Shown: positions 1 through 9,271 of the stretch, piece by piece
How positions within the stretch are numbered: position 1 is the stretch's first letter
Layout of the letters: every line of letters starts with the position of its first letter
NCBI GenBank assembly: GCA_963734395.1
Contig: CAVTGY010000003.1
Coordinates: 271,878-335,877 of the forward strand
DNA: 64,000 nucleotides
Source: an uncultured Acidimicrobiaceae bacterium
GTDB taxonomy: Bacteria; Actinomycetota; Acidimicrobiia; Acidimicrobiales; RAAP-2
Reading direction: 5' to 3'
The notes under the pieces: model-generated
What the model saw: only the letters and a program-made list of their open reading frames with translations
What the model was told of the DNA's origin: nothing
Database searches by the model: none
Translations under genes and position numbers: made by a program

Positions 1-201
1 TGGGTGATCGATCGGGCCACGACCTGCAGCGCTTCTTCGAAGCGGTCGACGTGACCGGGTGCCGGACCCGAAGCAACCCGTCCCATAGTTGCTTTCGGCA
101 CACAAGTAGTATACCAGCGCCGCTGATGGCCATTCACGGCCGCCAGACCTGGCCAGTGGCCGGCTCTGGGTTCGGCTGGCTCGCGGGGAGGTACGTGGAT
201 C

Positions 202-690
202 TCAGGATTCGGCAATGCGCTTGAGATTGGCAAGCGTTGTCCCGATGCCCTCCCGGGCCATCTGGGCCATGCCGTCGAGCCGGGTCTCGACGTCGAGGTC
301 AGGGTCGCCGGCGCTGACGAACGCCGGGTAGGCAGGTAGAACCTGCCACGACTCGGTTACCAACGTGGCACCAGACTCCTCGGTGAAGGTGTAACTCCAG
401 CGCACGAGCTCGGCATCGCCGTTCGGCCCGAAGTTGATGAACGTGAACTCTCTGCCTGGTGTGGAGGCAACGACCTTGCAACGTGTATCCCAACTGAAAT
501 CCCCGATGACGTTGTGGCCTGTAAACCACGCACCTTCCTTGCCCGCGTCGGCGTCGTCATCCCAGGCCCCGGACTGACTCACCGGGCTGAGATCGCCGAC
601 ACGGCCAACATCGCTCACGATCGCATACAGGTCTGCGGGTGACGAATCGATGCTGATGGTCTCGACGTAGTTGTAACCGGACAAATCCAC
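202..690 (-). CDS. SRPBCC (START/polyketide-cyclase-like) family protein
   Basis: 162-aa ORF with a GTG start. Sequence pattern typical of small SRPBCC ligand-binding proteins (SPVSQSGAW, WFTGHN, WDTRCKV, EFTF, WSYTF, TLVTESW). Family assigned from memory of the fold family only. Confidence 0.6.
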   Translation of the reverse strand: MDLSGYNYVETISIDSSPADLYAIVSDVGRVGDLSPVSQSGAWDDDADAGKEGAWFTGHNVIGDFSWDTRCKVVASTPGREFTFINFGPNGDAELVRWSYTFTEESGATLVTESWQVLPAYPAFVSAGDPDLDVETRLDGMAQMAREGIGTTLANLKRIAES

Positions 691-864
691 GGGTCGAACA
701 CTATGCCACCAACGACGTTCGGCATCCTACGGGGCGTCGGTAGCGCCACCCAACCGCCAAGGTGACAGGTGCGGACGGTCATCGTGCAGGGAGGTCACCG
801 TGTAGGTAGAGGGGGATCGATCGTCAAGGCGCCGCGCGCTTGGTGCATGAGTAGCGTTGGCCGG

Positions 865-1587
865 ATGGGACGAACGGTACTGCTCGTGCACGGGGCCTGG
901 CACGGGGCGTGGGCATGGGAGCCGGTAGTGGGCCGGCTGGATTCGGCCGGCGTTGAGGCCTTGGCCGTCGACCTGCCCGGCCACGGCGATGACCGCGCCG
1001 CCTTCGGTGACCTGCACGACGATGCGACCCGTGTGCGCCAGGAACTCGACCGTCTCGGGGGCGAGGTGGTACTCGTCGGGCACTCCTACGGAGGAGCCGT
1101 TATCACCGAGGCCGGCGACCATCCCGCTGTCGACCAGCTGGTCTACGTGGCTGCCTTCGTTCTGGACGCCGGCGAGTCCTGCATGAGCGCGGCGACGGAC
1201 TCCGCAGCCAGCCAACTGTCGTATGAAGGCCGACCTGACCTGGGTTCCGGCTTGATCGGGAGTCCTGATGGGTCGGTCATCCTCGATCCGAGCGCGGCCG
1301 CAACGTGTCTTTACAACCACTGTGACGAGCAGACCGTGGCCTGGGCGCTCGAGCGCCTGGGCCCCCAACCGTTGGTGACCCTGCAGCAGGCGCCTGCGGC
1401 CGTGGCCTGGAGGAGCCGGCCCTCCACCTACATCGTGTGCCGCGACGACATGATCGTCCACCCTGATCTCCAGCGGATCATGGCCCGACGTTGTGGCTCG
1501 GTCGTCGAATGGGAGAGCGACCACTCCCCATTTCTTTGTCGGCCCGAACTGGTCGCCGGACTGCTGGTCGAGCTCGCCAATGCCTGA
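865..1587 (+). CDS. alpha/beta-fold hydrolase (SABP2/methylesterase-like)
   Basis: ORF 769..1587. The internal ATG at 865 gives MGRTVLLVHGAWHGAWAWEPV. DLPGHG motif, nucleophile elbow LVGHSYGG, C-terminal DHSPF. The antisense ORF 727..1524 is a shadow. Confidence 0.8.
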   Translation: MGRTVLLVHGAWHGAWAWEPVVGRLDSAGVEALAVDLPGHGDDRAAFGDLHDDATRVRQELDRLGGEVVLVGHSYGGAVITEAGDHPAVDQLVYVAAFVLDAGESCMSAATDSAASQLSYEGRPDLGSGLIGSPDGSVILDPSAAATCLYNHCDEQTVAWALERLGPQPLVTLQQAPAAVAWRSRPSTYIVCRDDMIVHPDLQRIMARRCGSVVEWESDHSPFLCRPELVAGLLVELANA

Positions 1588-1618
1588 GGATCCGAAAACT
1601 TCCTCGGCGGTTGGTCGA

Positions 1619-4600
1619 TCACGAGGAGGTCACCAGGTTTTGGACTCCGAAGGCATCGGTAACGCCGCCGGTAGCCGCGGTGAACATCAAGAAGGCGGAC
1701 GGTGGCAGGTCCGCCACTTGCTGCTGGAGAACTTGGGTCCCATCGAGTGAAACGGTGATTTGAGTGCCCGAGGTGGTGATCACCACATGGGTGGTCGCCC
1801 CTTGCAGGGTGGGAATGGTCGAAGTGGTGGCCACCCAGTTCGGAACGCCGTTCACCGGTCCGCCATCGGCGATGCCGGCGAAGTTGGCCGAGGGTTCGGT
1901 CCCCTGTTTGAAGTTGACCAACCCCACCGCGACCCCGGAGATCCCCGAGTAGCCCAGCGAGCCCCCGGCCTGGCCGAGGAAGGTCGGGGAGGTCGGGCTG
2001 GCGAAGGTGAGTGTCATCCCGTTTGCCCCCGTTCCCCCGCCGATGACGGCATCGAAAGCAATGCTGAGATTCTGGGTAGGCACGGCGATCGGAGCCAAGG
2101 CCGACCCGGACTGGAATGTCGGACTGGCCGAGGTGAGCGCGACTCCCGCCCCTGACGAGACGGCGTTACCACGCAGGGTCCAGCCTGACAGCGGGGAGAG
2201 CTCGCTGTGGTAGATGCTGACGTTCTCGACGGCGTAGCTATCGGTGACCGCGCCGGTTGCCGCGGTGAAGACGAGGTCGGCTTGGGGGGGAAGGTCTCCC
2301 ACCTGCTTCTCGAGCACCTGGTTCCCATTGAGCCATACGGTGAGCTGGGTCCCGTTGATCGAAACGGTCACCTGGGTGGTCGCCCCTTGCAGGGTGGGTA
2401 TGGCGGTAGTGGTGGCCAGCCAGTTCGGAATGCCATTCACCGGCCCGCCATCGGCGATGCCGGCGAAGTTGGCCGAGGGTTCGGTTCCCTGTTTGAAGTT
2501 GACCAATCCCACCGCGACCCCGGAGATCCCCGAGTAGCCCAGCGAGCCCCCGGCCTGGCCGAGGAAGGTGGGTGAGGTCGGGCTGGCGAAGGTGAGGGTC
2601 ATCCCGTTCGCCCCCTTTCCCCCACCGATGACGGCATCGAACGACACGGTCAGTCCGTTGGTCGGAACCGATACCGGCGACACGATCGACCCGGACTGGT
2701 AGGTCGTGCCCGCCGAGGTCAGCGAGACGGCCCCTCCGGACAGGGCAGCGTTGCCATTGAGCTGCCAGCCGCCGACGCTCGGGCCGCCGACCATCCCCGA
2801 TCCGGCAAGGGAGACGCTCTGCACCCCCTGGCCGTCGTTGGCGCCGATGGCCCATTGGTCACTCGTCGGCCCGAGCTGGGTGGGCGTGAACGTCACCGAC
2901 TCGGTGAGCGAGCCACCGGCCGGAATGGTCGTCCCGACGGGCAGGGAGGTCGAGGCGGAGAAGGGTCCGGGGGCCGGAGGCTCGGACTCGGTGATGGTCA
3001 ACGTGCTCCCTCCGACGTTGCTGAGTTGGAAGGACTGGGTTGCACTCTGATCGAGCTGGACGGCCCCGAAGCTCACAGACAGTGAGGAGATCTCCAGGAC
3101 GGAAGGTGCGGTGCCGGTTGCCAGCAGGTTCACCGGTATGTCTCCACCGTTGCTGTCGACCATCAGGGAACCGGAGAACTGGCCGACTGCCGTCGGCGAA
3201 AAGGTCACCGTCGCCATCACCGCGGCTCCAGGTTGGATGACTTGGCCGGCGGTGGGGGCCCCAGAGGAGGAGAAGGGAGTCCCGGGAGGAGTCACCGAGG
3301 AAATGGTGACCGGCGCCGACCCGTCATTGAGGAACCCAACCGTTCCGCTCGATGTCGAGCCGGGAGGACCGCTGGCCAGCGTGATGCTGCTGGCCGTGCT
3401 GGCCAGACTGGGGCCATTGTTCTCGCCGGTGCCGGTGAGCGTGACCTGGTCAACTCGGTCCCCGAATGTGGTCACCGTGAGCAATCCCGCCGACGACCCC
3501 ACCGCCAGTGGCTCGAAGGTCACCGGCACGCTGACGGCGCCGTTGACCGGGAGGTACGTCGGGAGTGGTGCACTCGGGGTTCCCAATGAGAACGATCCGG
3601 ACGCGGCCAGTGAGGCGACGGTGACCGGGGCCGTTGCGGTGATGGTCACGGTCAGCGTGGAGGATTGCCCGATGATTGTTCGCGGAAATGCGGGTGACGC
3701 AGCGCTGACCGGAGCCGGCACCGAAGAAAATGCCGCTCCGAGTTGATCGAGGGTCGGGCCACTCGGGTCGGTGCCGTCGGCAGTAGCCGTCAGCTGGGCT
3801 TCTCCCATCCAGTTGACGATGTAGAAATTGAGCCTGAGCGCCTGCTGCATGCAGAAGGTCATGGTGGCCAGCGATGCGTCTCCCGAGTTCTCCCCACCCA
3901 GCAGGATCGGCCCACCGGCGACCAAGGAGGCCAGGTAGTCGGCCGGATCCTCGAGTTGCGGTGTCGGGAGGACGGTCTGGGCGTCGAGGTAGGTGGTGTA
4001 GGCCACGCTGTGGGCGGCGTCGGGCAGCGAGTCGAGGAGGTCGGCCCAGTCGAGTCCCTCGTTGAACTCGGCTACGGGCTGGGATGGGTCCAACAGGGCG
4101 GCAACCTCGGTAGCTGCACCACCGGGCCTCTGCCCCCATCCCGGGAGGAGCAGGAGCTCCCTGGTGTTGAAGTCCTCGTGCAATTGGCCATTGAGCCAGA
4201 TCCCGTAGTTGTCGAGATTCTGGTTGTAGGCGGTCAAGAACGCTTGGGCCTGCGTCGTGGTGCCGGTGCCCGGGGTCCAGCCCTGGACCGACGCCGGAAG
4301 GGCCGCCTGCGAACTGGCGTCGTAGGCCCAAAAGGCGTTGGCGTGTCCGTTGTAGCTGGGACCCGGGTAGCGGAGCTCACCCAAGGGGCCGCCTCCCTGG
4401 CGCACAGCGATGAGCTGACCCGCCGTGAACTGGGTTCCGAGCCACTGGAGGTAGGCACCCTCTGCCACGCGCACCGCAGTGTTGGTGACTGCGTTCACCA
4501 CCTTGTTGCCCGAGGGTTCGGTCCCGTCGAATACATCGCCGTACTGGTCGACGAACTGCGAATTGGGCATCGCAAGTACCCAGGCCGGTGGGTACTGGAG

Positions 4601-4888
4601 ACCGGGGTCGAGCACGACGTCAAGGTGGGCTGCCTGGGCGGCAGCGATCTCGGACTGGACCTGGCTCAGGTAGGCGGTGGAGAAGACACCCTGGGAGAGC
4701 TCGGCGTCGTTCCAGCCCACCTGGATGGTGACGGCACCGACCCCGGCGGCGGCCTCGGAGGCGTAGTTGCCGGGGGTGGCGCCGAGTAGGCCGAGGATCG
4801 GGGCCGCGGTGCTGCCCGAGGCGGTGCTGACCTTGGCGCTTGCGCCCAGCACGATGCCCACCGATGCCAGCACCACCGCCAGCGCCAC
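1619..4888 (-). CDS. secreted multidomain glycan-binding protein: N-terminal TIM-barrel glycoside-hydrolase-like region, central Ig-like (choice-of-anchor-D/ASH-type) repeats, two C-terminal ConA/L-type-lectin-like domains
   Basis: 1089-aa ORF with a GTG start and a hydrophobic signal-like N-terminus (ALAVVLASVGIVLGASA). The central part has repeated segments of the type TFSPTAVGQFSG / TFTPTQLGPTS / TFEPLAVGSS. The C-terminus holds two about 195-aa copies of a lectin-like domain (SGGAVSLTSA...QSGS...FDAVIGGG.GANGMTLTFA...GGSLGYSGI). The GH-family assignment of the N-terminal domain is tentative. Confidence 0.85.
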   Translation of the reverse strand: MALAVVLASVGIVLGASAKVSTASGSTAAPILGLLGATPGNYASEAAAGVGAVTIQVGWNDAELSQGVFSTAYLSQVQSEIAAAQAAHLDVVLDPGLQYPPAWVLAMPNSQFVDQYGDVFDGTEPSGNKVVNAVTNTAVRVAEGAYLQWLGTQFTAGQLIAVRQGGGPLGELRYPGPSYNGHANAFWAYDASSQAALPASVQGWTPGTGTTTQAQAFLTAYNQNLDNYGIWLNGQLHEDFNTRELLLLPGWGQRPGGAATEVAALLDPSQPVAEFNEGLDWADLLDSLPDAAHSVAYTTYLDAQTVLPTPQLEDPADYLASLVAGGPILLGGENSGDASLATMTFCMQQALRLNFYIVNWMGEAQLTATADGTDPSGPTLDQLGAAFSSVPAPVSAASPAFPRTIIGQSSTLTVTITATAPVTVASLAASGSFSLGTPSAPLPTYLPVNGAVSVPVTFEPLAVGSSAGLLTVTTFGDRVDQVTLTGTGENNGPSLASTASSITLASGPPGSTSSGTVGFLNDGSAPVTISSVTPPGTPFSSSGAPTAGQVIQPGAAVMATVTFSPTAVGQFSGSLMVDSNGGDIPVNLLATGTAPSVLEISSLSVSFGAVQLDQSATQSFQLSNVGGSTLTITESEPPAPGPFSASTSLPVGTTIPAGGSLTESVTFTPTQLGPTSDQWAIGANDGQGVQSVSLAGSGMVGGPSVGGWQLNGNAALSGGAVSLTSAGTTYQSGSIVSPVSVPTNGLTVSFDAVIGGGKGANGMTLTFASPTSPTFLGQAGGSLGYSGISGVAVGLVNFKQGTEPSANFAGIADGGPVNGIPNWLATTTAIPTLQGATTQVTVSINGTQLTVWLNGNQVLEKQVGDLPPQADLVFTAATGAVTDSYAVENVSIYHSELSPLSGWTLRGNAVSSGAGVALTSASPTFQSGSALAPIAVPTQNLSIAFDAVIGGGTGANGMTLTFASPTSPTFLGQAGGSLGYSGISGVAVGLVNFKQGTEPSANFAGIADGGPVNGVPNWVATTSTIPTLQGATTHVVITTSGTQITVSLDGTQVLQQQVADLPPSAFLMFTAATGGVTDAFGVQNLVTSS
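1622..2791. repeat. tandem 585-bp (195-codon) duplication encoding the two lectin-like domains
   Basis: The same nucleotide string (for example cagttcggaa...ggcgatgccggcgaagttggccgagggttcgg...) starts at 1836 and again at 2421, an offset of exactly 585 bp. A 61-aa block (GANGMTLTF...GGPVNG) is identical in both copies. Confidence 0.9.
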
Positions 4889-5233
4889 GATGGCGCGCGA
4901 CCAGTCGGGCCTGAATCTGCCGGCCTGCGATCAAAGGTATGCCGTGCTGTTCAACGTGGGCAGCCATCGGTCATTGCCGCTGTATCGGCCTGGAACGATG
5001 GGAACTTGACGCTGGCTTCACACAGCCTCCATCTGTTGCAGTGCGGTTTCTGCGTGGTCGTATGGTCACTCTGCGCCTTTCTCCGACGCTTGTGCCGTAT
5101 GACGCGCAAGATTCATCGCCGCGTAACCCATCGATCATCGAAGGGTCGGATACGTGTCACGCAACCCACCCCGGTACGGGGACTCATCGCTTCCGACGCT
5201 GGAAGGAGACACAAACCGAGGGAGATTACCTAT

Positions 5234-5250
5234 TTATCCGCTAGGGATAA
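5234..5250. promoter_or_regulatory. perfect inverted repeat TTATCC-N5-GGATAA (operator-like) in a 580-bp divergent intergenic region
   Basis: ttatccgctagggataa lies in the AT-richest part of the gap between the divergent genes 1619..4888(-) and 5469..5900(+). No binding protein is known, so this is a structural observation only. Confidence 0.35.
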
Positions 5251-5468
5251 GGGTGCAGAATGAGAATGGTCAGACCTGCTCGGGGACCGCCATCCCACCC
5301 AGGGTTTGACGTATCGCGCTGGTTCCTCCTGCCCCTTTGGAACCGGCGCGGCCGGGTTCGACCCCTGTGGGTATGCCCTAACAGAATCCTCACCACTCCG
5401 AGGTTGAAATCCAACATGGGGGCCGCAACATGGCTGCTGACACCCTCAGAACCCAAAGGAGAAATGCC

Positions 5469-5900
5469 GTGTTGAAGAAGCTCGCCGTCCCGATCGTGGC
5501 CGGTGGAATGTTGTTGGGAGGCATTGCCGCCACCGCCACCGCCTACGCCAGCACCCCCACTGCCTCGGTCGCCGCCCCCCAGGCCAACAAGAGCGCCATT
5601 CGCGCCTGGGTCAAAGCACATCGTCGTGCAATCGCCAAGGCCGGTATCGCGATCAGTGCCAAGACCATCGGCGTGACGCCAAAAGACCTGGTCACCGAGC
5701 TGAAGTCCGGCAAGTCCATTGCCGATGTTGCCGGTGAGCACGGCGTGAACGTCCAGGCCGTCGTCACTGTTCTGGACAACGCGGCCAATGCTCGGCTCAA
5801 CCAGGCGGTCGTCGATCACAAGCTGTCCTCCACCGAGGCCAACAAGATCGAGGCCGCCCTGCCCGGGTACCTGACCAAGGCGGTCGATCACACCTTCTGA
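5469..5900 (+). CDS. small secreted protein, unknown function
   Basis: ORF 5430..5900. The internal GTG at 5469 is preceded by AAAGGAG at good spacing and yields a classic signal peptide (VLKKLAVPIVAGGMLLGGIAATATAYA). The mature part is Ala/Lys-rich and predicted helical. Confidence 0.7.
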   Translation: MLKKLAVPIVAGGMLLGGIAATATAYASTPTASVAAPQANKSAIRAWVKAHRRAIAKAGIAISAKTIGVTPKDLVTELKSGKSIADVAGEHGVNVQAVVTVLDNAANARLNQAVVDHKLSSTEANKIEAALPGYLTKAVDHTF

Positions 5901-5938
5901 TCAAGCGTTCTGATGAAACGAGTGAGTGATGAAGCAAT

Positions 5939-5980
5939 GAGGTCCAACGCGGGCACCGGTTCGGGCTCGCGTTGGACCTC
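5939..5980. terminator. hairpin (13-bp perfect stem, 16-nt loop) between convergent genes
   Basis: GAGGTCCAACGCG (5939-5951) pairs perfectly with CGCGTTGGACCTC (5968-5980). It lies 39 nt after the stop at 5900 and upstream of the stop of the convergent gene at 6100. Confidence 0.6.
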
Positions 5981-6099
5981 ATGTCACTGCCAAACTGGGA
6001 CCACGCCGGCGATAAGCCGCCGTCAATCGTCCTCGGGAACCGGCAACGCGCCAGCTGGGTGGCCAGCTCGCGCGTTGCCGATCAGGTACTGCTGTGGAG

Positions 6100-6930
6100 T
6101 TATTTCGCTGAGAGTGGCTTCAATGCTGAAATCACACCAGTGGTACTGATGCACACGGCACCCTTTGCCGAGCCCGGGAGCTTGAGGCCGTCGCCGGTGT
6201 CAGAGGACACCGTGGCCGTGAAATCATCGGCTGTGGGTTCGGACGATGCGTTCTTGACGTAGCCCGGGCATTTCGTCGCCGGCGCGCTGGTCAGCGTAGG
6301 AGCGCCGATCGTGGTGCTTCCACCGGAGAGCCAGTCAATGGTTCCACCGGTCGCCAAGGTCGTAGAATTAACTGGCTGCGATCCTCCCCCGGTATCACCC
6401 CCGGTGCACCCGCTGACTGTGGAAGTTCCCGAAGCGGTTCCGGAGATGGTGCTACAGGAGATCGTGCTGGTAGACCACTTGAACTTGACTTCCTTCAACG
6501 TACTGATCACGCCGCTCGTCGAGATACAGACTTCGCCGCTCACCGAACCCGGGATCAGCATGCCATCCCCGGTGTCACCGGTGACGGTGGCCACGAAGAG
6601 GTGGGCTGAGGGCTCGCTGCTCGCGTTCTTGACGTAGCCCGGACAGTGCTTCGGAGACTCGGTTGTGAGTGCGGGAGCGCCGATCGTGGTAGTCCCATTG
6701 GAAAGCCAGGTGAAGGTTCCACCCTCTTCCAAGGCCGTGGCATTCACCGGCTTCGAGCCTCCTCCGGTGTTGGGCCCTGAGCACCCGCTGAGGGTCACGG
6801 TACTCGAAGCGTTTCCGGAGATGGTGGTGCAGGTGATCCCACCGGCGGCTCCTGCGGTACCGGCAAATCCCAGCGTGAACCCGGCAACTGGAATCAGCAG
6901 TGCAGCTACGGTCAACAAAACTCGTCGCAA
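6100..6930 (-). CDS. secreted protein made of two tandem Cys-containing domains of roughly 120-130 aa, unknown function
   Basis: ORF 6100..6990. The TTG at 6930 follows GAGAAGGGGAAG and gives the signal peptide LRRVLLTVAALLIPVAGFTLGFAGTAGAAG. The two halves align residue by residue (C.TISG.AS...SGC.G..TGGGS.PVN.T.L..GGT..WLS.G.TTIGAP.LT....KCPGYVKNASSEP...F.ATV..DTGDG...PGS..G.VCIST.GVIS.LK). Confidence 0.75.
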   Translation of the reverse strand: MRRVLLTVAALLIPVAGFTLGFAGTAGAAGGITCTTISGNASSTVTLSGCSGPNTGGGSKPVNATALEEGGTFTWLSNGTTTIGAPALTTESPKHCPGYVKNASSEPSAHLFVATVTGDTGDGMLIPGSVSGEVCISTSGVISTLKEVKFKWSTSTISCSTISGTASGTSTVSGCTGGDTGGGSQPVNSTTLATGGTIDWLSGGSTTIGAPTLTSAPATKCPGYVKNASSEPTADDFTATVSSDTGDGLKLPGSAKGAVCISTTGVISALKPLSAK

Positions 6931-7138
6931 TGGCTTCCCCTTCTCTTTTGGTTCCGGGAACGTCCCGAACAGGCCTTCCCCCTCTAACAAACGTTCGGGG
7001 CGGCCAGGCGTTACAGGACGGCTGGGTCCGGCCTCAGGTTCGGATTCCTACTGCCACCTGCGGGTCGACGTGGGAAAAGGTCGACTCGTGGGGCCGGCGA
7101 AACGGTAATTCGCAGATCCTCGGATTAGCCTGCCGACA

Positions 7139-8026
7139 ATGGCCGGCAACAGCTCGAATCTGCGTGACATGACCGGGCGCACGGTGGTAATCACCGGCGG
7201 CAACAGCGGAATCGGCCGGGCAACCGCCCAGGCGCTCGCTGGGCTGGGAGCTCGTGTGGTGATCACCTCCCGCAACGCCGACCGGGGTGTGGCCGCGGTC
7301 CGCGACATTCGTCAGACGAGCGGTAACGACGCCGTCGACTGGGTTCCCCTCGACCTGGCCAGCCTGGCATCGGTGCGGGCCTGTGCCGCCGACCTGCTTG
7401 ACCGTCTCGACCAGATCCATGTCCTGGACCTGAACGCCGGGGGTGTGCTGTCCCGTCGGACGGAGACCGAGGACGGGTTCGAATCACAGTTCCAGGCCAA
7501 CCACCTCGGTCACTTCCTGCTCAGCCAACTGCTCGTCGACCGGGTGAAGCAGAGCGCCCCGGCCCGGGTCATCGTGCTGTCGTCGTGGGGTCATACCCAG
7601 GCACGAGGTGGTCTGGATTTCAACGATCTCCAGTGGGTGGTCCGCCCCTACCGGGGTTCGATGGTCTACAGCGCCACCAAGCTGATGAACCTCTACTTCA
7701 CGTTCGAGCTGGCCCGCCGGCTGGCCGGGACCCAGGTGACGGTGAACGCAGTCCACCCCGGTTTCGTGGCATCAGGGTTTGCCATGTCGGGAGACACCAA
7801 TCTGCTCCGGTTGGGGATCATGGTCGGTCGACCCTTCGCCCGCTCCCCGAAGAAGGGGGCGGCGACGGCCATCTGGTTGGCGGCTTCCGACGAGGTGGAG
7901 GGTGTCACCGGCAAATACTTCGCCGACTGCAGGGAGAAAGCGCCGTCAGCTGATGCTTTGGACGGCGACTCGTCCCGGCGCCTGTGGGAGGTGAGCGCGG
8001 ACCTGATCGAGTCAGTCGAGGCGTAG
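7139..8026 (+). CDS. SDR family oxidoreductase (retinol-dehydrogenase-like)
   Basis: TGGNSGIGRATA cofactor motif, catalytic YSATK, NAG motif, 295 aa. Confidence 0.9.
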   Translation: MAGNSSNLRDMTGRTVVITGGNSGIGRATAQALAGLGARVVITSRNADRGVAAVRDIRQTSGNDAVDWVPLDLASLASVRACAADLLDRLDQIHVLDLNAGGVLSRRTETEDGFESQFQANHLGHFLLSQLLVDRVKQSAPARVIVLSSWGHTQARGGLDFNDLQWVVRPYRGSMVYSATKLMNLYFTFELARRLAGTQVTVNAVHPGFVASGFAMSGDTNLLRLGIMVGRPFARSPKKGAATAIWLAASDEVEGVTGKYFADCREKAPSADALDGDSSRRLWEVSADLIESVEA

Positions 8027-8058
8027 GCCGCAGCCGGTACGCCACCGAGTGAATGGCG

Positions 8059-8370
8059 TCAGACCGAATCGCGGAAGTCCGCACCGGCGGAAAGCGCGGC
8101 TACACCATCCATGATGTCGACCACCGGAACCACTTCGAACTCCAGCCAGGTGACGAACTTGGAGACCTCATCCATGAGACCCGCCTGATTGTCGGTCTCG
8201 ATCACCGCGTATCCGCCTTGACCGTCGATGCGCTGGAGGAACTCGGCCCACTTTTGATCTGCCGGCGTCTGCCACCTGGCAAACGTCGCCGTAATGGACC
8301 TTCCATCCTCGTGGTTCTGCTGGGCGGTGCCCTGGGCACGGTTCTTCCAGCTCATCAGATACTTCGCCAT
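8059..8370 (-). CDS. DUF3303-like small protein
   Basis: ORF 8059..8427. The ATG at 8370 is preceded by GAGGAGGAG. MAKYLMSWKNR...GGYAVIETDN...LEFEVVPVVD matches my recollection of the DUF3303 family. Confidence 0.65.
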   Translation of the reverse strand: MAKYLMSWKNRAQGTAQQNHEDGRSITATFARWQTPADQKWAEFLQRIDGQGGYAVIETDNQAGLMDEVSKFVTWLEFEVVPVVDIMDGVAALSAGADFRDSV

Positions 8371-8445
8371 GACTCCTCCTCTACCGCGGGTCCCCGCCGC
8401 TCGGGAACGCTGCAGCGATTGTTGCATGTATCCGGCGAGGAGGCA

Positions 8446-9141
8446 CTAGGAGCCGGCTGTGTCCAGCTGGCGTGAGCTGGGGCTTGTTGCGAAGACCACG
8501 GCCGTGGCCAACACGGTCACCGCCACCACCACCAGCGGCCATGTCGCCCCGGTATGGAGGTAGAGGGCGGCTCCACCCACGGCGCCGATCAGCATCGCCG
8601 CTACCGCCGAGGTCCTCCGGGCCACCTTGGGGTTGGAGCCACCGGCCAGGGAGGAGTCGGCAGCCAACCCGGTCAGCGTCATGGTCAGGACGGTGGTGGT
8701 GATGTCCGGTACGGCGAGTCTCCGGATGGTGGAGTTCCGGACGCCCATGGCGAAGGCCAGTACCGAGATGACCGTGTACCGGCCAGAGCCCGAGGTGACC
8801 ACGCCCGAATGAATGGCGCACACGATGGCGGCGACACCGGAAAAGAGGCCTTCGATCACCAGCGCAATCAGCAGCCAGTAGCGACGTGAGGTGACATGCC
8901 GTGTGACCCTCCCGGCGGCGACGGCACCGACCAGGAATGAACCGAGCGACGCAAGACTGGCCGCCACCGAGAACCCCGGTGCACCTGCCGTGGCGAACCC
9001 GAGGAGGACCACGTTGCCGGTCATGTTGGCGGTGAAGACGTGCCCGAGGCCCAGGTAGCTCACGGCGTCGACCATGCCGCTCATCACCGTGAGCAGGGTG
9101 AGTGTGCCGAGCAGCATCGTCGATGGTTCCGATTCGTTCAC
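8446..9141 (-). CDS. YoaK/DUF1275 family membrane protein
   Basis: LLTVMSGMVDAVSYLGLGHVFTANMTGNVVLLG signature and multiple TM helices. The start is uncertain (9177, GTG 9141 with GAGAAGG upstream, or ATG 9117). Confidence 0.8.
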   Translation of the reverse strand: MNESEPSTMLLGTLTLLTVMSGMVDAVSYLGLGHVFTANMTGNVVLLGFATAGAPGFSVAASLASLGSFLVGAVAAGRVTRHVTSRRYWLLIALVIEGLFSGVAAIVCAIHSGVVTSGSGRYTVISVLAFAMGVRNSTIRRLAVPDITTTVLTMTLTGLAADSSLAGGSNPKVARRTSAVAAMLIGAVGGAALYLHTGATWPLVVVAVTVLATAVVFATSPSSRQLDTAGS

Positions 9142-9271
9142 CGTGCCGACCTTCTCGTGGTCTGGGCGCCACCGCAAGCGCCGCGCCGCAACCGTAGCGA
9201 GTCCTCACGTCCGGGGGCGTGGACTGCACACCCGTCCGCCACTGCGCCGACCAAGCCGACCATTCAGAGCA

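Noticed and set aside
1-200. Possible partial gene at the left edge. Either a minus-strand start at ATG 86 (MGRVASGPAPGHVDRFEEALQVV...) or a plus-strand C-terminus (...HDLQRFFEAVDVTG)
   Set aside because: Both strands give plausible-looking peptides over fewer than 30 codons, and neither has decisive signals. This cannot be resolved without upstream sequence.
727-1524. 265-aa ORF antisense to the alpha/beta hydrolase gene
   Set aside because: Arg/Gly/Pro-rich low-complexity translation that fully overlaps a gene with clear catalytic motifs. Typical high-GC shadow ORF.
1760-4789. Numerous 60-350-aa ORFs on both strands inside 1619..4888 (for example 3743..4789, 3450..4331, 2238..2855)
   Set aside because: All overlap the 1089-aa multidomain gene, which has a coherent domain structure. 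Their translations are Arg/Gly/Pro-rich with no motifs.
5340-5375. GGTTCGA T-loop-like motif (gccgggttcgacccc) that might indicate a tRNA
   Set aside because: The flanking bases do not form a T-stem, and no acceptor or anticodon arms can be drawn. I see no tRNA in the window.
8381-9229. 282-aa ORF overlapping the YoaK/DUF1275 gene in another frame
   Set aside because: Arg/His/Gly-rich nonsense. The alternative frame gives a clean multi-TM family signature.
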